From Bigelowiella natans CCMP2755 (lineage: Eukaryota > Protista > Cercozoa): a DNA stretch of 60,559 nucleotides. Location: contig ADNK01003253.1 in the NCBI GenBank assembly GCA_000320545.1, positions 1-60,559 on the forward strand, given 5' to 3'. This document shows, piece by piece, positions 27,361-38,479 of the stretch. Position 1 is the first letter of the stretch, and every line of letters begins with the position of its first letter. A program made the position numbers and the translations under genes. The notes under the pieces were generated by a model. The model saw only the letters and a program-made list of their open reading frames with translations. It was not told where the DNA came from and did no database searches.

Positions 27361-30060
27361 ATGCGCTGCTCAAAGAAAGCAACAAAATGACGATTTTCAC
27401 GATTCTTGATCATGCTCATTCGCACAAAGCAACGCATGCAGAACTGGGCGAAACCCGGGAATTTTCGTGGTTGAGATGGACGCCGCCGCATTTTGCTGCA
27501 TTTTTTGCTTGCATTGCACATCTAGCCACCATGCCATGTGATTGCAATCGGTTCGATGACATGACAGCATGGTCCAAAACTCATGCAAAGTCCACATTCA
27601 TTTGTGCGACTTTTCATGGCCGGTTTGAAATGAGGTGTTTCACAGAATTTTCTGGCGCAAGTTTCGGTGCAACGCAAGTCAGAAAAACTGACACGTTGCA
27701 CACATTCAGTTATTCGCACATCACTAGATCAGCTTGATCATGTCCTAGTCGATGGACAGCCAAAATTTCAACACCTTGAGACGCACTCGTCAATGATGGC
27801 AACAATGCACGCGTTTTTTTCGCGCGAGCGCTTGGTAGCGATCATTGTGAACACACTGAAGTGTGTTTTGACCAGTCAGAAGTGTTCAGTTTTTGCCACA
27901 TCGCCTGAAATGATGCCCAAATGACACCTGAGAATCCACATCACTGCACCTAGACCTTTTTTTGTTGTGGGCACAGTGGTCTAGGTGCAGTGATGTGGAC
28001 TCCTGGGTGTCATTTTGGCATCATTTCAACCGATGTGGCAAAAACCAAGCATTTTCAACTGGTCAAAATGCATTCCAGTGTGTTCACAATGCCAATTGCA
28101 AAGCGCTCGCGCGAAAAAAACGTGTGCATGTTTGCCCATTTGCATTTGCAATGATGGCGCAGCTGACTTGCAGTTTTCGCCTGGTTGTGCACACATGCAC
28201 ACTGCCACTGCCTAGCTGCGCATGCAGCTTTCATTTTTGTTGCAGACAACGCAATCGCGAAGATGTGCGCTGTGATCACAATGACCATGCACATGGTCAA
28301 AGCTGTCAAGTGGCCGATGACCATGTCAAGGGCATCAGGAGATGCAGCATGCTGAATGCAAAGAGCGACTACTAGCAGAAGGGCCGTTCCAGCATGCGAC
28401 GTGGCGGCACAGTTGGACAACAATCAAGTTTTGGGCAGCAATCAGTGACACGCATGTGCGCGTGTGCTTGACACAAGCATGCGCATGTGCGCGGCAGCAC
28501 AACTTGCACATGCACCTGCAAACTTCAAGGTGCCCGCCAGGCAGAGCGGTGAGAATGGTTTCTTGTGTGCGATCACATGCATGTCGTGACAAAATGTTTT
28601 CAATTCAACAGGGTTTTGATTGAGTTTGCCGATTGCAACTGCTCTCGTTTTGTTTGACAGCTGCGGTTGCGCCGGTCTAGCGCCCGCATCGATTTCGCTC
28701 GGCAATGCAACACGATTTTTCTTGACATGCATGCAGCAGCACCTACTAGCAGCATGTGGTGAAGTGTTTTCGCATTCGCGCGTGCCAGCGTGCACTTGAC
28801 ACCACTTGTGCTTCGGCGGCTCCACCTCAAACGATGGACAACGTGACACGACGTGCACTGCACACGTGTGAGCACGCCTTTGTTGCTGCACGTCTCAAAT
28901 TGCGGGTGAAGAAAAGGTTTTCATTGAGGTCATGTTGTTCGAGATCCCTCTTGGCATCAAGTGTGAGATTGAAACTTTGCTAATCATGGTTGACTGCCAC
29001 CAGAGCTGGCAAGTGTGTGGCTTTCATGCAGAGGTCTCGTCGGAAAAACATGCGAATGCATCAGGTGGGCAGTGTGGAAACATGAACCTTGAAAGGATTT
29101 TGGGTTTGCCTGGATCCATTTCCAACGATGTTCCCCGTGTTCTCTCCACCACGACACCGAACAAAAGTGCAGTGTGCCAAAACTCGGTTGCGCACCAACG
29201 CGTGGATCGATGATGGCAACGGCCATGCACTGGGTGCAGAACTGCACGTTTGGAGCAGTTTTGGCTTCGATGTTGAAAACCGCAACCAAAAATGCTGGAA
29301 CAAAGTGTGCTTGTTTCGCCGGCTTTGTTCGATCACCGACGAAATTTCAGACGATGAACTTCCCACCATTCGAACAACAAGAGCAGCAGTCAGAAGGAAC
29401 CTCAAAAAGCACCAGCCACAAAACGATCACACCTGCTGCTTTCTCAGTCTCTGAAGAAGAGTGGTCTGACGATCCAACAAGAGCTGCCCAGCTGAAAAAT
29501 TTTGGGTTCCTTCCATTCTCTCGCATCACTGCTGGACTGGCATCGAATTGAAATTGCCCAGCATTGCTGTCACATGGATGCGTGCCATCTGTGGGATGGG
29601 GAATCTTGGAAATTTCACGTTGTCTCGAGGACAATGTGAAGAAGCAGATGCCATGTGCAATGTGTGTGGTGTCATGAAAGACACGGATCATCCACTTCAA
29701 TGCGAGATGCACGCATGCCAACAGCTCACACTGCGCAATGCCAATTGAATGCCATCATGAATCGCAACGACGAGGCAAAGCTGCTAACTGACGACGAAAA
29801 AGAAGCAAGAACCGCTGTGAGCAATGCACGACATCGACGACCGGCAAACGACGCTTTCAAATGCATGAAACACGTTGTGGAAGAAACAAACGTAACAGGC
29901 ACATCAAAAGCTCTGTAGTCGCAGCTTTGCACAGCTACATCAGGATGACAATTGGAAAGATTTGATCAATTCATTGCATCCGTCTCATGTGTCACATTGA
30001 TGTGTCTGATGTGCACGAGCATGCATTGATCTGGCAACATCATCAACTTAAGGAGATGAT
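27361..30060. other. TpA-depleted hypermutated repeat domain 1
   Basis: About 15 TpA by eye in 27361-29890, about 9 of them in CTAG. CA/TG are strongly enriched and CpG is abundant. Overlapping His/Cys-rich ORFs almost free of Tyr occur on both strands. Confidence 0.9.
27798..28136. repeat. About 159-bp imperfect inverted repeat (arms 27798-27956 and 27978-28136, 21-nt spacer); probably back-to-back DNA-transposon termini or a foldback element
   Basis: The left arm ending ...tccacatcactgcacctagacc is the reverse complement of the right arm starting ggtctaggtgcagtgatgtgga. The distal ends gtttttttcgcgcgagcgctt and aagcgctcgcgcgaaaaaaac also pair. Confidence 0.85.
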
Positions 30061-30097
30061 ACATTTACAACATCTAAATGCTACATAATAATAATAT
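28930..30097 (+). mobile_element. 5'-truncated, degenerate non-LTR retrotransposon (LINE) ORF2 3' portion
   Basis: Post-RT motif RILGLPGSISNDVPRVL (about 29095-29145), a C-terminal CCHC zinc-knuckle-like CNVCGVMKDTDHPLQC (about 29656-29703), frameshifts and stops, and a possible short (TAA)n tail near 30087-30097. No RT core is visible. Confidence 0.6.
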
Positions 30098-30315
30098 GAA
30101 ATTTTTGTGTACTGCTGGACAAACCAAAATTTCAGAAAGGTTTGAGTAAAAACTGTTTTGTTTTCTTTTCGTTATAAGATGGTTTAGAGATGCTCATTGC
30201 ATCAGGCGGTGGGTCGACCAGAGAAACATCATGTAGGAACGTGGGAGTTTAACTGCATCATATTATAGCTCTGCATCCGAGCCAACACCGTGAATAACAG
30301 AAAAATGGGATATTG

Positions 30316-32469
30316 TCAATGAGCAAGCGGTGAGTCCAAATTCTCTATATCGGCAATGCGTCTTCGTCCCCCTCGTCCAACCACGGGGGTTGCTAGAGGA
30401 GTAGGCATAGGTGAAGATGGATCAGCACTTGTCTGAGTAGGCATAGGTGATGATGATGGATCAGCACTTGTGTCTGCCATCTTGATGCTACCATCTGCTT
30501 TATTGGCTTTATTTTCCGCAACGTAGAGGTTGAGAGTGGGGTCGTTCTCCATCTCTTGTGCTGCTGCTTTTTGTTCATTAATTTTTTTAAGCTCTTTGAC
30601 AGCAAAATCGTCAACATCTATCAAGTATGCGCTCAAGCCGATGACGAAAACAATGATTCCAAGAATCATATAGCCTTGTGAGAAGTTATCAGTGACAAGG
30701 AACAATGATCCCCACACAACAGCACCAATGTTGCCTCCAGCTCCTACGAAACCGCAAACACCTCCGGTATTTGCAACCTAAGCAGCACCCATTATCCACA
30801 ACATATTGTAGTAAAAAGCCATGTATAATAAATTAGGAGGGTTAGGGATATGTCTTCTTGATAGCTCTAAGTTTATCATTTTAAATGTTGTCTTCTTACG
30901 TCGACGTAAGGAACAATTCCAAAGGTGGAACCCTCTGCCCCTTGCACAAAAAATGAGAAAACAATTAAGAAAAAGACAGCAGCTCCAAAATCAGTCTGTT
31001 GTGAGAAAACAACAAGAGAAAGGCCTTCAAGACAAGTGAGGATGACATGCGTCACTTTTCGCCCATCCATGCCATATCGTCCATAGGCCCAATCGGACAC
31101 GAAGCCTCCCCAAGACCGAGCGAACAAGTTCATAAGTCCAAAGGTAGAGGCCACAATCCCAGCAGTCGTCAGATTCAACCCGTATCTCTCAAAAAAGTAA
31201 AGTGCAGCCTACGTAAACAATACTTATAAGAAAACCATTTCTCACTACATTGTTTGGATTCTACAGAACTGTCCAACAATGCATCGTCATCATCATCACC
31301 ATCATCTCCATTGAGCTGACCGTGTTATTTAGATGAAGTTCGACACCAAAGCACACGGCGTATTGGATCATCAGAATCCACACTTGTTTATTTGTCGCCA
31401 CATTTGCCATTCCATATCCTCTGAGTAGTGTTTGCTCGTAGGGTGGTAAGAACATATCGGACCTAGGCCCATCGTCCCCAAGTCCCATCACCATAGTCGC
31501 GGCAACAAGCAAAACAAATGCTGGAATATAAAAAGCATTCCTCCATGCACACTCGCTATCACAAGATGAAGCTGAAAGATTCATATTATAAATCCCAATC
31601 ATTACAAGCTGAGAAAGTCCGCCACCAAGATTTCCCCATCTAAAGTGGATTTATCGTCATTAATGATAACAATAAATGAAACATCTCAGCTTCCCCTTAT
31701 CATTACTTATCACAGTGTTGATCATATTATTACCCCGCAGCAGTGGCATTCATAGTTCCTGCTAGCTCTTGCTCGAACATAAGCGAAGTCCAGAATTGGC
31801 AACCAACAAAGGTTGCACCCACAACACCAACAAGTCCTCTTACAACAGCGAGAGACAAACCGTCATTAATAAGCCCTCCAAAAAACAATGGAATTGCAGA
31901 GAAAACAAGAACAGAGGATTGAACAATTCGAGGCCCCACAATATCCATGATTGGTCCCATGAGAAACCGGGCAAAGACTGTTGTAAGGACTGAAGTAATG
32001 TTAGCGACAAGGATCTCCTGATTGCTCAGGCCTATAGTTGCCTTTATCACAGGAGCAAGGGGAGCGAATGCAAACCAAGCGATGAACGCTGGATGGTGAT
32101 TCAAAACACACACAACAATGTATATTATATTGATATATATCTACATCTATGTGTATGTTCGTGTATCGGGTGCGCGATTCCATATATGCTAAGGCCAGCT
32201 CCCTCCCCCACTTCCCCATGATCATTTTTTCACGTTCGGAGAGTAATAAATGAGTAAATGGTACTACTACCCATCAGGAACGAAGACCAAGCCAGATGGA
32301 ACGCCCTCATGTGTGGCCGAGCGCAGCAATCCTTGGAACAATCTAGTTTGAACTCAAGAGCTTTGTGCGTCCATGGGTCATACTTTAGTGTGAATTCCAT
32401 AAATGGTTCTGGGGGCTCATTGATTCTTTTGTTCCTCTCCCTATTTCGTCTTTCCGCTCGAGATGCCAT
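30316..32469 (-). CDS. NRT2: High-affinity nitrate transporter NRT2 (MFS, NNP family), about 5 exons
   Basis: Motifs ARPHMRAFHLAWSSF, WFAFAPL, ARFLMGPIMDIVGPR, FVGCQFWTSLMF, the nitrate signature NATAAG/WGNLGGG, QYAVCFGVEL, FGLMNLFARSWGGFVSD, FSFFVQGAEGSTFGIVPYV and GFVGAGGNIGAV. Confidence 0.95.
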
Positions 32470-33662
32470 TTTTCAAGTGTCTGCTGAATTAATTGCATGC
32501 ACAGTATTTTCTTTGTGCCTCATTTTTTGTTTCTATCCTCTTACCAAATAATACCGATCTTTTGATAAGGCTGGGTGGGTGGGGCAATCTTTCAATGTGC
32601 TGTGTTTTGAGATTGATGAAATATGGAAAATCACTCGTTTAGTTCGTATTTGAACAACATTTTCGTCGTTTACACATCATTTCCCCTGTATTGTTCTCTG
32701 GATACATCGCAAGAATCGTCATTTCATCAAAAAAATGGCCAATTGAAGAGAACATGTCTTCTTCTCTGGAGCATTGAACAGCCACAGCTTGATTCTTTCC
32801 GCAGAAACGACTAGTATTTTCTGGTTCATTCTCTCATTAATTTTCGACGAAATATAACCTTTTTTTGGAGAAAGACAATATGACGAGATGTCTCGATGTG
32901 GTTTTTGGAAAGATTTTTGTATGAAGGAGACACTTTTGTGTCTTAGTTTCGGAACGACCGGTTTTCCGAAACGAACTTTACAAAGGAACAACATGATCAC
33001 GCTTTGAACTTCCTTAAAGATCATCATACATCCCAATCTCATTGCTTTCATTTTAGGATTTTTTTGAAGTGCGACTATGTACTTTTATTGTCTCAAAGAA
33101 TAATCGATATGACTTTTAAAAGAAAAACTGTGATGAGCCTTAATAATGCAACGAATACCGACACGGGCGGGATTAATGTTGTTTTCAAGATTCTTTAGAG
33201 TTTTGACTGTTTTTCATCTACACATATTTCAGCATAAGGAACGATTTGATCGCTATAGAGTCATCTGAATTGACCCTGTAAACGAAGTCAAACAATGTGA
33301 CGATACAATATGAGACAAATACGCTGTGAAATGTAATTATATAAAACAGAATTCCATTCTGAAATTTGTAAGCTTTGGGAAGGCAAGCCGAATGCTTTTC
33401 ATGTGCGGTTTACACCCTGAGACAAACAACTGTCCGATGAGAACGATGTTTCGTCTGTAAAGCTGTAAAGCTCCAAATTCCAAGTTTAATTCAGAGTTGT
33501 TCTCGTCGTCCCCCCTTTTGATGCCTACTGTCTTCCATCTTTGAATCGTTACCCTTCCTTTTTTTTGGCTACTTTTCGGTGCACGACGGTGGATTCACTG
33601 CACATGGTCACATTAGCTGTTTGCTCACCCATCATTTTTCAGGTACTAACGACTCAAAACAG

Positions 33663-35616
33663 ATGCGCATTGGAGTTCGCTCTGATTTGATTGGGGGCCC
33701 AGAAAGATTGGAAATCCAAGGCACATTATGGAAAAAGGGACAACGGCTTGGATGGTCCAAACGATATATGAGAGTCGACAATGACACCTTTACTTACTAT
33801 TCAAAGGCAGCAGATAGCTTCCCTTTAGGCTATTTCTCTCTTGGAAATGTAATAGATATTATTGAGGATCCTAAAAGTAAGCGCAGTTTTGATATTATCT
33901 GTAGAGAGCAAACCTTTAAGCTGCTCGCACATAGTAAGGATGAATGTGAGATTTGGGTGGATACAATTGATGCAATTATGGAACATAGAAGGCGAAAGAC
34001 TTTAAAATCGCCGACTTTTTCTCGCCGCAAAATTGAGGTTCCAAAATGGAAAAAGTGTTTCTGGCAATCAAGTCTTGACGATAAGGCTTCTGCAGAGAAT
34101 TTCATGGAGAGAAGAGATTCGTTGCTCGCTGAAGGAATGTCCGATCTTTACAGAGAAGCTCTAGGAATGCCTAGACTAATGAAGAAACTGATTACAACAT
34201 ACAACGACGACGCAAAGGCGCTTAAGTTACTTATTTCCGTGATAATATCAAAAGTAGGACATAAGATTCAAAAACTGCGAAAATATTCCCCTCATACTTC
34301 TTCTAGATCGCCTCCAAGGAGTTCAAATATGAAGATGTTATCTCTTAGTCCCAAGTCCTCTTTAATTACCAACTTTCGCACGTCGAAGCTTGAAATCGAA
34401 TCACCAAAGCATTTGCTGTCTTCTCAAATTGCATGTAATAGTACCGTGAATCCTTCGAGGCGCATACATCGACGAAAAGGGATTGGTGAGTCTCTGAAGT
34501 GCGTATCTTCGAAATCGTATGGATTTTTGGTTTCCGATGGAGAGGAAAGTACAAGATCTGTATGTCGACGAAGAAAGAAGGCCGACTTGTTCGGAAATAG
34601 TAGTGAGTTCAGTTCCAAATTTGTATCTGAGCTCAAGAGTACGAACTCAGAAAGACGGTCATGCACGGAGAGTGGAAAATGGTATTGCTACAATAGAAAG
34701 ATGATTAAGGGTAATGAAGAAGTAGCATCAGTTTCAGCAACCAAGGATCTTAATTTGGATGCTATGCTTAACAACCGTAAATCCGTCAAGTACCAATTCG
34801 AGCTTTATCTGAACGCCTCAAACCAGGTAATTTGGGTGAATTAATGATTTATTGAGTTGGAATCAAAGTGCCACACCAGAATGATGACGATAATATTATT
34901 GAAATTTTAATCGACATAAAATATAAAATAATGAGAGTTCTAGACTATGAGGATAGCCAACAATTCTAATCAAGGATGTTCTCGAAGCTACGATACCAAC
35001 CACTGTAAAATAGACGAAAGGATATTACTTACCTTATGAGCAAATATGTGTAATGTACCTGGTGCGTTGGGCAACAAATTTTAACTGCAAAATTACCGAT
35101 GTTTTCGAATAAGAATTTAAAAGTAATCACTTCTTACAATTCATTATTGTTGATATTTGCGCAAATAATTTTTACTCTATGCATCTTATGCATTTGATTC
35201 AGATCGAGCTCCTGAATTTGTTCCAGATTTTGATTGGTTACAGAAAGAAGTATCGTAGCAGCCACAGGATCAACAGATCAGCAGCTGAAGAAGCACCTCT
35301 TATCACTGAAACAGTCCTTAATAAAGCAGAACTTATTTCATATGGTAGGAGAGTTCTCATCAAGATACAAGCAATAGCACCAACAACAAATTGGTCATCA
35401 CTGCCTTTCGATAAAACATCATTGGAAGCCATCTCTAAACGGCTGGAGGATGATTCTGAGAAACCTCAAAAAATATTCCTAGAAATATTCAATAAAGCAA
35501 AATTTCTAGTTGAACATCAATACAAGGAATACATTCAAAGCTCATTTTACAAGAGAATTGTTGGCTCTAAAGGGCCTTTTAGTGAATTGGAGATCTGTTC
35601 GATGCTCGAAAATGTT

Positions 35617-35653
<37 letters not shown>

Positions 35654-38174
35654 TGGTAATTGGAAATAAAACTCTTCTATGGCAGAAAGGATCTAATGTA
35701 ACAGAATGGTTAGAGGTTGATAAAGTTCCAGTATTCAAAGAAGCTTTAGAGGTGATTAAGAGTGGGGGAAAAGCTGTTGGTCAAGATCTCACAGCATCAG
35801 AGATTGATCACCTATATCGATGGGTTCATTATAAACAGGGATCATTACAAGTGGTACATGGTGGTCTGAATACCCAAAATAATACTATTCGTATGCTCAG
35901 TTTTCGACTTTTATATCTCATCTTTCGTTCACACCTGAGAGTTGAAGGAAAAGAGGGAGAAGATCCTTATCAATTCGAAAATGAAGAAAATACGACTGCC
36001 ATAGATTCTCCCAGCCTCGGAATTTCACTTACAGAATTCGTCTCAAATGCTCGAGTAGAATTGACAGTGTCGTTGCCACCTAAGCAGGTATCCCTTGTAC
36101 AATAGATTGATGGTAGAGATTTAATTGGCATTATAAGTTTTTATTTTCATTAAATCTGGGGTGAAGAATTTTTATTTTGATTGATAGGTAATGGACGATC
36201 ATTTTAGTCTGATGGCAATGATGACAAATCCTTTCCACATATATTCTAGTGATTTTGAGACCAAATCAGCTTTATATCCTGGTCGTGACATACTGAACCC
36301 CTCAATATGGCAACTGCTTTTCGAGAACCTTTACGGATCCAACATCTTTCCTCGAACGAAGTGTTTGGAGGATATGTATTATCGAGTGGCTACGTCCCAA
36401 AACTCTGCAATGTCTCTTATAAGTATACCCAGATGGCAGGCTCTTATCCTTCCTATAGCCCTTGATCTTCCCAAAACTGTAGAAAATGAAAGCATCAAAA
36501 AACTAACAAAGTACGTTATTGGCGTACAGACACAACTTTTGTGGACTACACTTGAGACGAAAGCTATCGCAGACTTTGCGCGCGAGTTGAGACTTGCAAC
36601 GTCTCTAATTTTGGCAGTCTGTTCGGAACTAAGTGGTAATGTAAGAGCAAATTAGCAAATAGCTTGGTAGAACATTATCTTAGGGAAATGGTCCTCTCCT
36701 TTAGATATTTCCAAATTTGAAATAGTAGTACAACTGAATGTTAGTACGATTTGTGCATATGGCATCAATGAATCATTTTTCTTTAATATTGAAAGGAAAC
36801 CTATTGCAATCCATGTTAAGTTCCGTTGGATCACGATTCCAGTCTGGGTGTCAACAGTGGATCAAAATGTCAACAGGTGAACAGATGAGAAGGTACCATT
36901 GCTTCCAGCATTACCTCAGACTTATCCTCTCTCTGAGTCTCAACGCAAGTTCGAGGAGGTAAATAAAATTCGACGATTAGGTATATTATCGTGATAGTGA
37001 AGAAAATTTGGGTTTATCTTCATCAGTTTACTTATTAGTTGATCATTTACGTAGATTCGGTGCACTGGATCCTTTTCGAACAAGTCGCATCTTACCAAAG
37101 GAAATGAGAGAGCATCGGAAACGGAGTAAGAACAAACAGATGACAGCTACAGTTAATGAAAATAAATTGGCAAAAAATATTCAAGATTTCAAATTAAATA
37201 GTAACCATATCAACAACAATGCTGGACCGTTTTGTCGTACAAAGCAAAGTTCGCAAGGATCAACTAATCTGAGCATAGGTCCTAGCGGAAGCAACAACTC
37301 CAACATACGTTCATCCTCACGTGGAGAGAGATTGTCTTCAACGGCAACTTCGAATACACCAAATACACCTCGGAGCCGAATCCAGCAAAACAAAGACATG
37401 AGAATCATAAATGATCAGGAGATTCTGTACCTACTCAAAGTTCTGTTGTTTGCCCTTCCTCACGGTTATGGAAATGAAGGCACCCAAAATTCGCCAGAAG
37501 AGGATCCTAGGAGAAAGCTTATGGACAGTGTATATCGTAGTAAACGTACACGGCAAAATGTGGCTGGAGACACATATAGCGATCATCACAAATTGAAAGG
37601 TCGCTCCGAATTCGCAATGAAACCAAAAGACATCCTTGCCGTACATAGCGAACGAATGCAGCAACTGGCAGAGAGTTTGGACATTTTCGGAGATGACAAT
37701 CACATTAGTAATGGCATTAGAGGAACAAAGGACCTAATCAAATTGGAATCCTATGGCAAAGCCTGGTGTTCCATTTTGCCTGGTCTCCTGCAAATTATGA
37801 ACAAAATTGCAACAGTTTTGAGTCATTTAAAAGAACAAGACGAGAAAATTGCAGCAACTGCAAATCAAGGACAGGTGTTAAAACTCGATTATAAATGCAA
37901 AAGAGCCCGAAAAGATCTCTGCGGACAAATATGCTTCATTTACGACACAATAGGGTTTTTACAAATTGTCCAGAAGGTACATCAGTCCATAGAGCCATCG
38001 CACGTGGAGCAAATCGTCATGAAATACGTTGCTACATCGGACACTTTGAAAAGAAGGAAAATATTCACTGGTTGGGAGAAGGAAAAGTTAAATTGTGATG
38101 CCAAACGTTTGAAGAAAATGGAAGAAAGATTAGCAAAAAAGATCAAGGGTGGTGCAGCGAAGCTTCTCTTCTAG
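33663..38174 (+). CDS. Large signalling or scaffold protein: N-terminal PH domain, probable RGS domain, helical C-terminal region
   Basis: Long exons match ORFs 33579-34844, 35179-36105, 36191-36655 and 37008-38174. PH motif IQGTLWKKGQRLGWSKRYMRVDNDTFTYY...FKLLAHSKDECEIWVDTI. RGS-like segment LNLDAMLNNRKSVKYQFELYL/IELLNLF...IFNKAKFLVEHQYKEYIQSSFYK. The true start may be upstream (acceptor-like site at about 33641). Confidence 0.75.
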
Positions 38175-38479
38175 CCAAATAGAAACACGATGACTAATTT
38201 GATGTTCAAAAAGAAGTGAATCATCGCCATGCATCCATCCATGGGATATTCCTGGCGTGCTAGGCACCATGTATTTTAGCATGGCCTTATCCATCAAGGT
38301 CACATCAATCCAATGATTTGACAAACATTTGTCAAGTGAAAGTAACACACGAGACCAACTGCATCTTCTCCCATTTGCGATCCACAATCATCTAGTTTTA
38401 CTTAGTCTACGTGTGAGTTGTGTTTACATGTGAAGGCTCACAGCTAGACAGGTGCTCAAGGAGTAGTTCCATCTTCTTC

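Noticed and set aside
27361-30060. 5mC (CpG) deamination as the cause of CA/TG enrichment
   Set aside because: CpG is abundant and conserved between repeat arms, TpA is the missing dinucleotide, and the INTS6 duplicate shows TA, not CG, in the intact copy.
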